Assembly: GCA_964106645.2 (NCBI GenBank)
Contig: OZ067043.1
DNA from: Podarcis pityusensis
Taxonomy: Eukaryota
Length of the DNA stretch: 64,000 nucleotides
Reading direction: 5' to 3' (one strand)
In this document: positions 51,324 to 64,000 of the stretch, in pieces
Position numbering within the stretch: the first letter of the stretch is position 1
Layout of the letters: the number at the start of each line of letters is the position of its first letter
The notes under the pieces: generated by a model
The model's database searches: none
Told to the model about the DNA's origin: nothing
The model's input: only the letters and a program-made list of their open reading frames with translations
Position numbers and translations under genes: made by a program

Positions 51324-54300
51324 TATAGCTCAATAAGAGGACTTATGCTTTGCATGCAGAAGGTCCCAGGTCCAATATCTGACAATACCAGAACTTTTGT
51401 TCTATTGCTTATTATTAGTGTAAGAGTTTGTGTCAACATCACATAGGGAGGTCCTTTGTTTATGCATTTATTTTATTTATTTATATTGATAATGCGAGAG
51501 ATTAGGGGGTCCTGAGTTTGGTTGGTTGCATTCAGTTGATTGCAGTGTGGCTTGCTTATATGTGTGTGGAGGGGGCAGGTTGTTGGGTCAGGCTAGCCAT
51601 ATTGATTTGTATGCTGTTGGTGGGGGGGTTATTGTCTTGTTGTGCTGTGTGTCAGTCTCTACAGCCACAGCAGGCGCTGTAACCTTCCAACAGTTTGACT
51701 TCACCCCCAAAGGCACATTCCTCCATTGTCTTCCGAGACAGACGGATGCCAACCAACCAGTGTAGATGGATCAATGGTCTGACTCTGCATGAGGCATCTT
51801 TCTGTGCTCCTTTGAGATCCCTTAATTTGAATAAGGAAACAGGACAACCCTGAAGTATTTGGTGTCACTACCAGGATCAGTTCATAGCATTGATGCCAAG
51901 TACAAAGAGTGAACCAAGGTGCCCCTCAAATTTGAAGAAAAATATATGCATCCAAACACTCACAGAAGGTTCTCCATCACAAATCCACACTCTGCAAAGG
52001 AGGTTAGAGTTAAGGCAAACTGATGACTCACTCCATGGGCACACTATTGTAAAATCAGGCACACAGCCAACTATAAAATTTGATTTTTTAAATAATAATA
52101 ATTTTTTTAAAAAATCTCTTCCAAATGATTCTTTTCTGGTAATTTCCCCAGGATATTTAGACAGAGCTTGTGGCTGTTGCAGGCAGCTTGGGACAGGAGT
52201 GTACCAAAAGCATAGCAAACTATATTTTAAAAATCAGCACTTAGTCTGACATGCAGAGAATTCCATCCTCCAACCACTTATGGCAAATAGCTAAACTGCC
52301 AATAAAGGGGGCAGGGGAGAGGAATCCTCTGAATCTACCAAAGGGGGGTGGAGCGGGGGTGGGGGTGGATCTTTTAGCTATTTAACATGCCCTTCTCACT
52401 AGTTACCCCTTTTCTAATCATGGTGATTTATGATGCCTTGGAGGAAACCGTAAAAACCTCAACATTGACATAAAACCCAAAATTAACCTGAAATATGTAC
52501 TTTATAGCAGCTACACTCTGTTATGGTATTATGCTCCAAAGGTACAAAAGGAGTCAAGTTGGCTTTTAGAGAGGGAATTTAAAGAGAAGACCGTGGCAAA
52601 AAAATTAAAAATGTTGCAAGTGAACCCAAGGGTTGATGTTTCCTTTTGTTTTAATTTAGGTTTTGTCTTTATTTTATATTCATTTTAAGTGGAGTTACCC
52701 GAACCAAAAGTCCCCATGATCTACCAACATTTGTATGTGTGTTTATTGCTGCACTTAAAGAGGTTTTCATCTATTTCCCTCACATTAAGAACTTCAAGAG
52801 GACTATTTTCATTTGCATCTTAAAGTGAGACTAGGGAAAGGGGGGGGGGGGTACCACAGACACCCTGTTTCAAATACATGATGAGTATGATCTTTTAAAA
52901 GAAGGCTGCACTGTCACTTCAAAGCCATTCTTGCAATTACCCCATACATTTATATAGGAGGTATTCTTTTCTGTATGAGGTAATGAGTAGTCCGGATTGT
53001 CACTGTGATTTATTAGCACATCCTCTGGAAGCAGCACTGCACCTGCATTTGCACAGATGGAACACCCACGAAGGCGGATGGTTTATTAGGGACAGCTCAT
53101 CCTCAAACAACCCAGCAGCATTTTAAAAGGAAATGCTCCAAATTTAGACCTGCTCCAACAGGTGTCTTTTACTGTGTTTCTTTGTGAAACCATAAATGTC
53201 TTAAGGTGAGGCAAACAATTCCCTGCCCATAATAATCACTCTTTGAAAACAAATATATCAGCCCCCACATCCTTGAGGGGGGAGGGAGGAACGAAGGCCA
53301 ATGGAATTCTCATTATTTCCTCAACCCCATGGCTTGCCAAAATGCTTAAAGAGATGGAGTTTGGTGAAGTGAAGCTTCTGTGGGGTCGGAGGACACTGAA
53401 CAGAAGTCAGGAAAAATGGGCAGGGCTAGCTGCTGCCCTGCTTTGACCAATAGGGCATAAGGGGTGAGGGTGGAGGTGGTGCGAAGGTGTCAGAGGCAAG
53501 GGATCCAGAATGAAATGGAGTCCATGGTCACTTTAAGGCAAATATTTTTCCATGGACACAAAAGAGGGTACCAGGATATATTTTATCTGTGAGCTTAAGA
53601 AGATTTGTGCAGTACATGAGCAGATGATAGGCCTAAATCTCGCAAGCATAACTCTGTGTTGGATCTACGACATAGAATTTAGAATTGAGTTGTAGGTTAT
53701 GTGTGTAGCTCTGAATAATATTGACCTCTAAGTAAATATTGCAGAAATTTCAATTTTCAAAATACAGGGGGGGAAACCCAACAGGATCCTCACCGTCATT
53801 TTTTTTTTTTTTTTAGAAAGTTAAGATCTCTAGTGCAACAGAACCTGAACAGCTACATGTTAATATTAATTTATGTTAATTTATAAAATGCATATAGGGC
53901 TTAATATAAAAAAAAATTATTTAAGCAGCTTATATAAAATATTCGGTATTATCATCAGATCAGTCACTATTTCAACAGGTTTGGTCTCTTCCATATAAGT
54001 TCCAGCAATTTTACAGATAATCACCATATTCTGCTCCAATTTCTAAACAGTTTGGAACCAGGATTCCTCATGGATTGCCTTCTTCTATATAAACCTGCTC
54101 ACACAAGTTACCTTTGAAGGCCTGGCTTCAGACTCCCATTCTGCCAGAAGTGCAAGGATGATGACACAAGTTTGGTGCTTCTACTGAAAAGACCCTAAAT
54201 TAAATAACATCTTCCTCAGGGAACCCCACTTTTCTACTTCTTTGTTAGTTTTCAGACATCAGGTGATGACAGTTTTAGTCAAGAGGGTGTTTGGGACCAA

Positions 54301-56343
54301 CTGAATAAACTATTGCAGCTTTTAATTTATTTTAGTAGTTGTTACTGAGGACATTGGTTTGTTTGGGGGAGACAAACCATGAGCCCGGGTTCAGATGTAA
54401 CATTAAGCCAATCCATCACTTAACTTCTTGCAGTGCAGCAAGAACAAGGGAGAAATAAAGCAACTGCAGTTTTCCAAATATGCACGAGCACACATACTCG
54501 TTAAACTTAGCCATGGTTTAGCTTAGTGTCATGCTCAAACTGAGCCAGTGGCTTACAAGGTTTAAGTAAACTGCATGAAGGAAGCAGTATGTTTCCCCAC
54601 TCTAAGATCTAATTGAGAAAAACTTGTGGTGGTTCTATCTCTAATTAAGTTGGTAGCCACAATGGAAAGGGCACTCTTGGTGGTGGCTCCCAGGTTACAG
54701 AACCAGCTTTCTGTCAAGTTCAGGAACTTGATTTTTAAAAACAGACTTTTTTAAATAAAATATCTATTTATTTAGATCAGGGGAGACAATGTGGTTTACT
54801 TCCAATATTCATGGACTCCAAATGCCATCAACTCAAGATACTTTGGTCAATAATCAGGGATAGTTGGAGTTGTACTTCAACAACATCTGGATGATACTTT
54901 TGATGTTTAAAGTGCCTGGTTTTATTTGGGTTTCTTGATTGCTGTTTAGTCTCTCTGCTCACAGTTCCTTTTGACTGTTTTACTGTTGTATTATATTTTG
55001 TTTTATTTGTTAAGAATTGAAAGGCAAGTTATAAAAATGCAACAAACAAACAAAATATGGGTTGAAAAGAAATGCTTGAGGCAGAAATAGGATTGCTGAA
55101 CCCTCAACGCAGATGATTAGGCATGCAATAGAAAGACAGTTTGAAAGCTTAAACGAAACCAACAGTGGCTGTGTTGCTTATGGTATCTTCACATTTAAAT
55201 CAGTGTTATTTTCTATGAAAATCAAGTGGCTTTTTGCAGTCCATGCCCCACAGACAAAATAGAAAAATAAGTACAGTCAAGAAACAATGGGTTGCATCCA
55301 ATGAAATAATCTCGTTTGCTCAAGGGCTTGCACAACAGAAGGTCCCCTCCCTCTCCTCATTCTATGTACCTCTCCCAAATTTATTCAGAGGTTTGGAGGA
55401 AACTCCAGAACAAATGGGGAGGTTACATGGAGGGAAGAGAGAAAAGAGTAGCTCTGTTATGCAAGTGGGAATCCAAACATGAACCGAACAACTTCACTGG
55501 ACACAATCCAACTGACTGGTAAAGACAGTAAGTTGCATTTGGCATATGAGCTAGCAAACAAGAACTGCATCTAAAACACAACATAATCAAGAGAAAATCC
55601 TCTCCAAAAAGTGATACAGACAACTCAATAATAATAGAAACATAGAATTGTAAATTGGAAGGGACCCCAAGGATCACTTAGTCCAACCCCCTGCAATGCA
55701 GGAATCAAATGCAACCATGCTGATTAAGAAAGGGAACTGCATGTGTTATTGTACATTAAGTAATATGGTAGTTGCAACAAGTGAAAAATCAGAAGTCAAA
55801 TGTTCAACATCAATCCATGGCAGAACAGCAGTCTAGGAAGTTGTTCTAGACACCATTTAATACAAATGATGCTGAAGGGGGGAAATACTTGTGAATTGTC
55901 TGTATTGTCTGTATTTCTAGATTATATAACTATGGTCTGTTTCCAGTGCTAGTCCTACTCAGAGTAGATCCACTGAAATTTATGAACATAAATAACTTAG
56001 GCCCATTAATTTTAATGGGTCTCCTCTGAGTAACCAGATGCAAGGCAATGCTTTCCACTCAGAGGCAGTAGCTATGTAGGTATTTCTTAAGGAACCCTCC
56101 ACTGACTCCAATTTAACTACTACCAATTATTGCTTGGGAACAGAATTAAAATTTGTAAGGGACAGAATATACATCCAGCCCTACCTATATTCCCACAACT
56201 ACCCACAGGAGCTATCCTTTATTTACCATTACAACAAGTTCCTTGCTTTTCATTTCCTTTAACAACCCAATCCGTTTTCAGTACCCTTAGTTATACTCTC
56301 CCACTCCAAATGAGTTGGCTGAAAGAGGAGTCCCAAAGCTTAC

Positions 56344-56455
56344 TTCTGAAGGATAGATCTCTTAATGACAATTTCTTCATCCAGATCCGCTTCGTTGGCC
56401 ATGAAGAGCAACCTCTTTCCAGAGTCATCCACTCCAATGAAGTCACGCTGTTCCA
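56344..56455 (-). CDS. EIF2B3: eIF2B gamma, exon 5 (112 nt)
   Basis: ttcag|TG GAA CAG...CAG AA|gtaag. Translates (V)[36 protein letters not shown](K). Confidence 0.97.
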
Positions 56456-57771
56456 CTGAAGTAGAAAATCATAACACAAACATTTTACACCTCTGTTTTA
56501 ATGCAATCTAATGATAGATATTCCAGCTGAAACACAGTATATATAAATGTCAGCAAAGCTCATTCATCAAAGCTGAAAGAATTCCTGAAAATTCTGGAGC
56601 ATACTCATGCCATTCAAGGGAGGGGAGGCAGAAAAGCTGAGGAAACAATAAGTGTCACCCCTGCAGCTAGCTGCATCTATAATTTGGAAATGATATATGT
56701 AGAGAATGCAATCCTCAGAATACTGGGTGAATTTTAGATAGAACTCCTCCCATACATTTTGGCACCGCATCACTGCTTTAAAAATTGCCTCATTAAGAAT
56801 CAGCAATAGTGAGGTTGTCATCACAAGCCACTCTTCTCAACATAAATCAGATTATTTTTTGACATGGTTCGTTACTGTGGAGAAGCTTTTCATTTTGTAC
56901 AAGGATATTCTTCATCACCTAAAATCTTGGGCACATGCTTTTGTTTCCAGAATAAATTCTTGAAACAAGTCATCTCTTTAAAATTGACAATACAAAAGTG
57001 AAAAGGGCATAAATAGCCAAGTACAGTATGGGTCTCAGGGCAGTGGCAGCTTTGTTCAAGAAACTGTTTACTCTGCCCAAGAAGAATCAAAGCAATCAAT
57101 TCTAGGTTCTGGCAAGGCAAGGGTTCCAGGATATAGTGGCACCCTGGACAGCTCCATAACAAGAGAAATCAAGCGTTGTTTCAGCACCAGTGAACTTCCA
57201 ACAGAGCCTTAAGCTGCAGCCCTGACTAGTTAGCACTCCCTTTTCCTTTGAAGGGGCTCAATCTACTTTAACAGTCCAATAGAACAAGAAATACTGATTC
57301 CACTAGGACTTCTGAGCTGGCATCTATAGTCTGAGAGCAGGGCAACAAAACCTCCTCTAACTGGAGATGTACAGGAACAGGCTCCTCTAGTGTCAGAATT
57401 TCTGTCTTTAAATGAATATTTGGGGCTGACTCTGAACGCAATTCCCTGAATCCCAGGCTTCAAACCCTAAGATGGGGAGTCTGACTATGGTCAAGACATT
57501 AATAAGTGATTGATAACTGTTAAAACAAACTAACATACATACTTTTAATTTCTTTTTCTGTACATGTGGATATTGGAAATTTTTCAGGACAATGTGGCAA
57601 CAATGCTAAGATTACAGAGGGATTGGCAGACACAAATATGGGAAACCAGACACAAACATGGAGAACCATTTCAGTTGGCAGATTCTGCTCCAAGTTTGTG
57701 AAAACTGTCATTTTCTGCTGGCAATCCCTGTGAAAATGGCAGGACTTTAGTATCAAGAGCACCCAGTTTAC

Positions 57772-57931
57772 CTAGCTTTTTCTTTCCTTTATGTCCTGGT
57801 ATAAGCTCTGTAGGTTCATAAGCCTTCTTCATCAACATGGAGAGTGTGGCATCATTGGCTCGGAATAAGTCCACTACTTCATGGAGAGCAACATCTGTAA
57901 TCAGATCACAACTCAAAACCAACACATCTGT
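57772..57931 (-). CDS. EIF2B3: eIF2B gamma, exon 4 (160 nt)
   Basis: ttttgacag|ACA GAT...CTA G|gtaaac. Translates [53 protein letters not shown], closely matching human eIF2B gamma. Confidence 0.97.
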
Positions 57932-58271
57932 CTGTCAAAAGAGAAAAGAGAGGAAGAGATCATACACATGCAAACACATCTGAAATACAAACTGTCAAGG
58001 AGAAGTCAATGTGGAAGGATATCCCAACAAATATTATTATTTTTCTGGAATCTGCATCAAGCTACCAGAATTACCAATGGGCCATTCCACTAAGACATTT
58101 TACCTGTGATACTTACTTATAGCATACAAAGCTTAAATGATTGTTTTCATTTCGCATATTTCTGCTGCTGGTACACTACCCAGAATGGATCCGTTAAACT
58201 GCTCACCACCTTTTATCAGGTTACAGAACACTCGAATCGTATAGAAGTCCCTAGTTAAAACTGCTACGTTT

Positions 58272-58425
58272 CTTGGCTCAGTAGTAGAACATCTACTTTG
58301 ATTGCAGAAGGTTCAATCCCTGGCATCTCCAGGTAGAATAAGGGAAAGGCCCCTTGCCTGAAACCTTGGAAAGCTAGTTGGCATACACAATGCTGAGCTA
58401 GAAGAACTGAGCTTCTTCTGTTCCC
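58272..58425 (+). mobile_element. tRNA-derived SINE (degenerate)
   Basis: GCTCAGTAGTAGAACA...GGTTCAATCCCTGGCATCTCCAGGTAG...CCTGAAACCTTGG shows A/B boxes. Related pieces lie near 2810-2940 and 51325-51390. Confidence 0.6.
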
Positions 58426-59279
58426 ATGCTTCCTAGTTTGTGTGCCATGTGAGAAAATGAAGTTTACTGTATTTGATTCTCTCCTGACCCCCAAATTTCA
58501 AGATCACAACTTATCCACAGATAAAAGGAAATATGCAAAACAATTTAAATAAATGGGCATTCATTTAAAAAGCCCTTTTGTTTAAATCTCATTTAACAGG
58601 CTGTTTTTAAAAAAACAAATTAATCCAAATTTCACCTATCTTAGTTTAATTTTCACAAATTCACAGGTAAGTTATAGCACAATGATTTCTATCCAGAAGC
58701 ATTTCTATCCAGAAGTAATATCCACTGAACTCAATGGGTGCAAAACTCCAGGTAAGCCTAAGGTTGCAATCCTATACACACTCACCTGGGAGTAACTCTC
58801 ATTGAACTCAACAGGACTTAGTGCTGAGTAGATATGCATTGACTTGCACTGTCTCCAGGCAAAACATCTATCCTATGTTGCTTTGCACTGAATAAGGGAA
58901 TATATGAATTGCTGCTTTTGAAACCAACACACTGCTTCAGAAAGATATATTTCTTTTGAGGAGCCCAGGGAAAACAGGACTGAGCTTTCACTGGGTCTTC
59001 AAGGAATAATTGTTAACACCAGGCTACCACTTATGAAGTGTAAACTCTGCAGAGATAGTAACATATCCAGAAGAAATCAAATTGTACAAATTCCAGAGAA
59101 AATGTGTAAGTGCACTGGTAAAACTGCAAATGTTACCATTATCGAAGTACCCATGTCCCTGCTAAAAAGCTGTTTTCCAAAGATAATGTCCTTCCAGTTG
59201 TCCCCTGCCCTGACTTCAAATCAAAATTACAAAGGATAAAACACCACTTGTCCACTTCAGAGCAACCCTACCTCAGCAC

Positions 59280-60480
59280 AGAAGTGATCCCTTGTACAGC
59301 AGAAATAAAATTCCACCATTAACTTTTGACAGTTGCAAATGGTCATAAGCTAATCTTGAACAGAGTGAAAAAAACATGGAAGTGTTGAAACCTGTGAGTG
59401 CTCGGCCTGTCAAGTTCATTGTGACAGCACCAAAAAAACTGTCGAAAATGCTTTAGCAAAAAGTTTACGCCGTAGCCGCTGTTAAAGACTAGACTGTTCT
59501 TTTTCCATTAGGAAACCTCTTTATTTCAAAATTGAAAAGAATTCACATCCACGATGAAAACTACGTCAGGGCCACGGACATGCCTTTAGAAACAACTATC
59601 TGGACTTGTTAACTCAATCGTGCAATTATTTAACTATGCACTTTAATCTGTCACCCTAGTAAACTGCCAACAAGGCTTTCATAATTGCGAACAGGCTTCT
59701 AGTTTTAGGATGAACTTTGGCAAAGGCTGAATGCAAGACCCCCGAGGAGCGCAGGGGAACAGAACCACCAAATGTCTGGTTGCCATCTGTTCTACCCATT
59801 TACTCTCTCAATATGTAAATAAACGTCAGAGAGCACAGGGACCAGTGAAACACACGGTTGCTAAGTAAAGCCCACATTTCTGCCTCTCCTCCTGATGAGC
59901 AGAGCAGCGGCCTCAGATGCACGCTGAGAGTACACCATGAAAGGCTCTTTTGGGATTCAACAGCCTCCCCTTTGAAACACCAACACCCTCATAAATAAAG
60001 CCCTTACTGTCTGATGGATGCCCTTTTTCCAACGTGGAACCCCTGAAAGAATAAACTAATGGCTGAATGAAAAAATAAACCAGGCGAGCACCCTAGTAGA
60101 AGGGTGTATTTTCCTTTACTTTCAATAGTTGGTGCAGTAGAAAGAAAATAAATGGTACAGTCTGTATTTTTAAACTATATAATACAAAAATTTTCGTGAT
60201 GAGCCACTGATTGGAAGACAATCACACACAGAGTGCGTGTCCACTAGGAAAAGGGGGGGAGCCCCCCGCAAAAATGTGGCCCTACCGCTTGATTTCATAA
60301 ATTCCGCAAAACGTTAAAATCCCAACAGAGCAAGTCTTTATTAAAAATGTTCCATACCGGATAGATCCAACCCCAGTTATTAAAAAGGGACGCAATAAGA
60401 AGCAACACTAACTGATGCTGAAGTGGGCGCTATGTTTCAGGTTCAGTCAATGCAAACAGAAATAAAAATCATGCAGAACA
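59280..60480. promoter_or_regulatory. Candidate conserved non-coding element / enhancer
   Basis: About 1.2 kb with no recognisable repeat, AT-rich yet with roughly 25-30 CpGs by eye, visibly more than its flanks, and no coding signal. Confidence 0.5.
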
Positions 60481-60699
60481 ACTATACTTGCATAACATAG
60501 TTTGGGGAAGAGATAAAAATTATACCTGATGGGATCTAAATATTCAAAGTATCATGGGACCTCCCAGATCACCTATAATTATATATTTTTCATTACTTAT
60601 ATAAAGATCCTTTATTTGACACTTGTACATGAAAGCTGAACAGAAACATGGCCTTGCAGGACATCTAGTGCAATCCTCACAAGCTGAGAATGAAGGAAG

Positions 60700-60930
60700 A
60701 CTAGAGTGGTGTAGCAGCTTCAGAATGCTAGAATAGGACTTGGGAGACCAGGGTTCATATCCTAACTCGGCCACAAAGCTCACTGGTGACATTGGGCCAG
60801 TCACTGTCTCCCAGCCTAACCTACTTCACAGGGCTGTTGTGAAAATAAAATGGGTGTGGGTGTGTCATGTATGCCACTTTCAGCTCCTCTGAGGATTAAA
60901 AAGGACATAAATGTAATAATAAAAAATAAA
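60700..60930 (+). mobile_element. MIR/CORE-like tRNA-derived SINE
   Basis: GTGGTGTAG...GGGAGACCAGGGTTCATATCC...CCTAACCTACTTCACAGGGCTGTTGTG, with an A/TAA-rich tail. Confidence 0.72.
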
Positions 60931-61268
60931 TAAACTCTACAGTCTCTGCTTCAATACTTTCACCAAGAAAGAAACACAATTCTAGTGAATAGTCCCATTG
61001 CCAAAACTGCTTTTACCATGAATAAGTCACTCTTAATGTTCAACCTGTTCAGACTGTGATTTAAATCATTCAGACCGGTTCCTCAGGAAAATGTTTGTAT
61101 TATCCCCACTTTCGCTACCCTAGGTCCTTGTTAGATAAACAGATCCCAATTTCCTTTTAGTGTATTTTATTTCTTTATGGGCTTATATAGTACACAATAA
61201 ACAACTTGTTACCCACAAAATCACTTAGGCCGAGTTCCTTGGAGGAAAAGTGGGATATAAATTTAAAT

Positions 61269-61269
61269 T

Positions 61270-61300
<31 letters not shown>
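61269..61300 (+). repeat. (CAA)n microsatellite
   Basis: About ten CAA units following a short SINE/LINE tail fragment. Confidence 0.9.
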
Positions 61301-62546
61301 GTAACAAACAATACAACCCATACAACTTATTTACTTAACGATTTACTGCTCTTATTACCTAGCTTTTAGTATTTGAATTTTTCTACTTTGGATTTTAAAA
61401 ATCTTTTTTCTGTCTTTACTCTACTGCTTTTTATGGAAATTGTTGTAAACCACCCTGGAATTTTCAATGAAGGGTGGCATATACAGTAAATGTCTTAATA
61501 AACAAACAAAATAGAATAAATAACCAGGATAAAAGGCCAAGACCCGTTCTAAAATATTTAATTTCAAGCACAAACTTCCCAGCAGTTTGATTCTCAGGAT
61601 GGTGATGTTCTTGTTTCTCTTCCCTATAAAAACTGCACTGCCAAAACTAGTTATTTGAAAGCAGCACATGCTACATATGGGGAACACCTGCAACACTCCC
61701 CCATACATATCCCTTTCACCCCACACATTTGTGCTTGGGATTCATGCCAGTTTAACAGTGGCTAGACTAAAAAACAGGGGAACCTGTCCATCCATGCCAG
61801 CAAAGGCTTGCTTTCTGCTGCTAATAACCATGTCTGCAGAGAGCTGAAATGGGGTTTTGGCTAAGGAAAGGACAGGAAAGATGCAACTACACTCTGGTTA
61901 ATCTAATCATCCCATTCAACCCCCAACTACACCAGAGCACTTTCTCTCTCTCTCTCTCAGGTCATTCTGGCTATTTAAAATCTGGCATGCTGCAGAAGTG
62001 TGAATTAGTTAGAATTACAGGGGGTAGGGTGGGGGAGGAAGAGCCCTGGTGAGCAAATAGTCCCCTTGCCTGCCAGCCAAACATAAATCTGGAAGATTTA
62101 AATGCATCTATTAAAGTATTTATGTCCTACCTTTCCATTTGGAAAAAAAGATATGCCTAAGGTGGTTCAGATCATAATTTTAAAAAGTCAGAATATAAAT
62201 ACACAAGGGAACAAAGACAGGAAATGCGGATCTTAAAAAATGCCAAGAGGCCAAGCATTGGTCAGGTAAAAGGCCTACTGGAAAGGAAATGTCTTCATAC
62301 AGGGACAGAATGTTATCAAGGAGAGGGCCAGACAGATCTCCCTCTCACACGCACTCTTAAGTGTGCAGGGCAACAAGAACCACAAACAATTGCAGAGATA
62401 ATGCTCAGCTGAAATGGAATGAAATACATCTTTTAAATCTAGATATTGATGGTATTTGAATTTGAAGCTATTTTTGGTTCTGTACTTTCTAGATTCCTAG
62501 TTGGACACAGTACTACAACTACTACTGCTGCTGCTGCTGCTACTGC

Positions 62547-62610
62547 TTTATTATTTATACCCCGCTCATTTAGCTGGGTTTCCCCAGCCACTCTGGGCAG
62601 CTCCCAACAG
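62547..62610 (-). mobile_element. L2-type 3' tail
   Basis: The reverse complement GCTGCCCAGAGTGGCTGGGGAAACCCAGC...GGGTATAAATAATAAA is the same family as 20458..20668. It abuts a CTA/CTG microsatellite. Confidence 0.7.
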
Positions 62611-64000
62611 AAGTTGTAAGTTATCACTCATTTTAATATGATCTCACACTTTTGGAGTAATAAACTGATATGCACACATGCAAGAACAAAGAACAAAGTT
62701 ATCCTAAAATACAATTATTTGTTTGTTTATCCCCATTTTAATAGTGGTTGGGTTGAACAGACCATTTTCAGCATCAGTGTATTTTCCTCTCAGTTCACTG
62801 ACTTACCAAGCATTGACTGATGCTTAGGAGGAAAGGAAATGTATCAAGCTTGTTGTGATCTACAGAATTGCAGTAAGTACATCAAGAACTCAAACAAACC
62901 TCATAATTCAACATGAAATACAAATCCTTCGACGTTTCTTCACAGCACTGACATGGTCTAAGACTTATATAAATCTCATCAATGAAATGTCTATCAATTC
63001 AGCAGTTCCCCCAGAACTGTATGTAGTGAGATTGTAGTGCATATGGACTGTAGTGAGATCTTTATTCACCTGTTGAGTATCTCACACATCTGAAATAGAA
63101 CTCTATCTTGAAAGTGAAAACTCTCTACGTCCACATGAAAAAGCATTTCAATTAATGCACCGTCCTCATCACTAGACTTGATATGCCTCATACAAACCTA
63201 CTTCTACCAATAATATCAGAAAACCAAAGACTCATAGGAGGAACACATGACATGGTTGGTTGCCATGCTCTTAATGCTCCTCCTGGGAATAGGAGCAATG
63301 CTAGCATGAGGAGAAAACTCTTCCCACAAGATCTCTGACTTTTTACCAAATGGCACATGCAACAAAGGGAAATGTTGGAAGAGGTCCCGGCTGGATATGG
63401 TAGAAACCCAAACCACATAGAGCCACAGATGTGACCAGGAAGTACAGCTCCTTGACAAATATAGGACAATAGTTCTCCTATTTTCTTTGTCTCCTGCCAC
63501 ACCCTTTTAATTAGGCAGATATAGCTGGATCATTTGGACTATTTGATGAGAGTTTGGAATATGAAGCTAGTATGCTGGAGTATATGCATGTGTTCCCATA
63601 TACTTTATTTTGTTTTTCCTAAGTATTTCTCATGCTGTTAAGTTCTTCTCCGCCTTGTGTCACTAGCTATACTCGGGCCAGCTATTAAGTTGTAGTGTTA
63701 CAGCAATGGAAATTTTTTACATTTTCCTTCCTCAATGAGTTCTTAGTTGGGTGATGGAAGCCCTGACTAACACACAGCAAACCAGTCTTCATTATTTAAC
63801 CTTCCATTTTTGCTAAGACATTGACTATGAAATAATGTTCTGTCAGATAGACTATCTGGCTTCTCCTTATTTTTTTCAAAGTAAAGTTTTTTAAAAGGTT
63901 CACAATTCTTCCACAGATGGAGAGAGAGTGGAATAATGTCTCAGAACAGCTAAACAAAGACCGAGAATCCAGATCTTGTTTGGTATGTACATCTTTTGGA

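Larger units (their letters stand above)
2314..57931 (-). other. EIF2B3: EIF2B3 gene body (span of exons 4-11; gene extends beyond both ends of this span)
   Basis: Eight spliced exons join into one continuous reading frame matching eIF2B gamma from the nucleotidyltransferase-like region to the Ile-rich hexapeptide (left-handed beta-helix) region. Introns are 1316, 16873, 12588, 291, 4464, 1548 and 17523 bp. Confidence 0.97.

Noticed and set aside
59140-59200. DMGTS peptide on the minus strand as EIF2B3 exon 3 (DMGTADSLR)
   Set aside because: Flanking residues do not match and there are no fitting splice sites. Exon 3 probably lies beyond the window.

Overview
Vertebrate genomic DNA, most likely from a squamate (lacertid-type lizard), judged from the repeat complement: RTE-BovB, L2 and CR1 tails, tRNA-derived SINEs, Tc1/mariner and hAT MITEs. 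The window lies inside one minus-strand gene, EIF2B3 (eIF2B gamma subunit). I could read eight internal coding exons by hand (equivalent to human exons 4-11, 1015 nt). All have GT-AG boundaries and compatible phases, and their sizes match the human exons as I recall them, except exon 7, which has one extra codon. Exons 1-3 and the last exon were not found and probably lie outside the window. The rest is intronic. It holds a U6 snRNA retropseudogene with an 11-bp TSD, a 5'-truncated BovB LINE with a 9-bp TSD, and many MITEs with clear TIRs and TSDs. One Tc2/pogo-type MITE carries nine near-identical 106-bp GC-rich double-hairpin repeats. Several non-repetitive, CpG-retaining blocks look like conserved enhancers. 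The most interesting inference is an excess of GLI-type motifs (GACCACCC core, six copies), which would fit Hedgehog-responsive enhancers of the neighbouring PTCH2 gene sitting in EIF2B3 introns. Almost all ORFs in the supplied track are spurious. I found no prokaryotic-type system and no firm evidence of a wholly new one.
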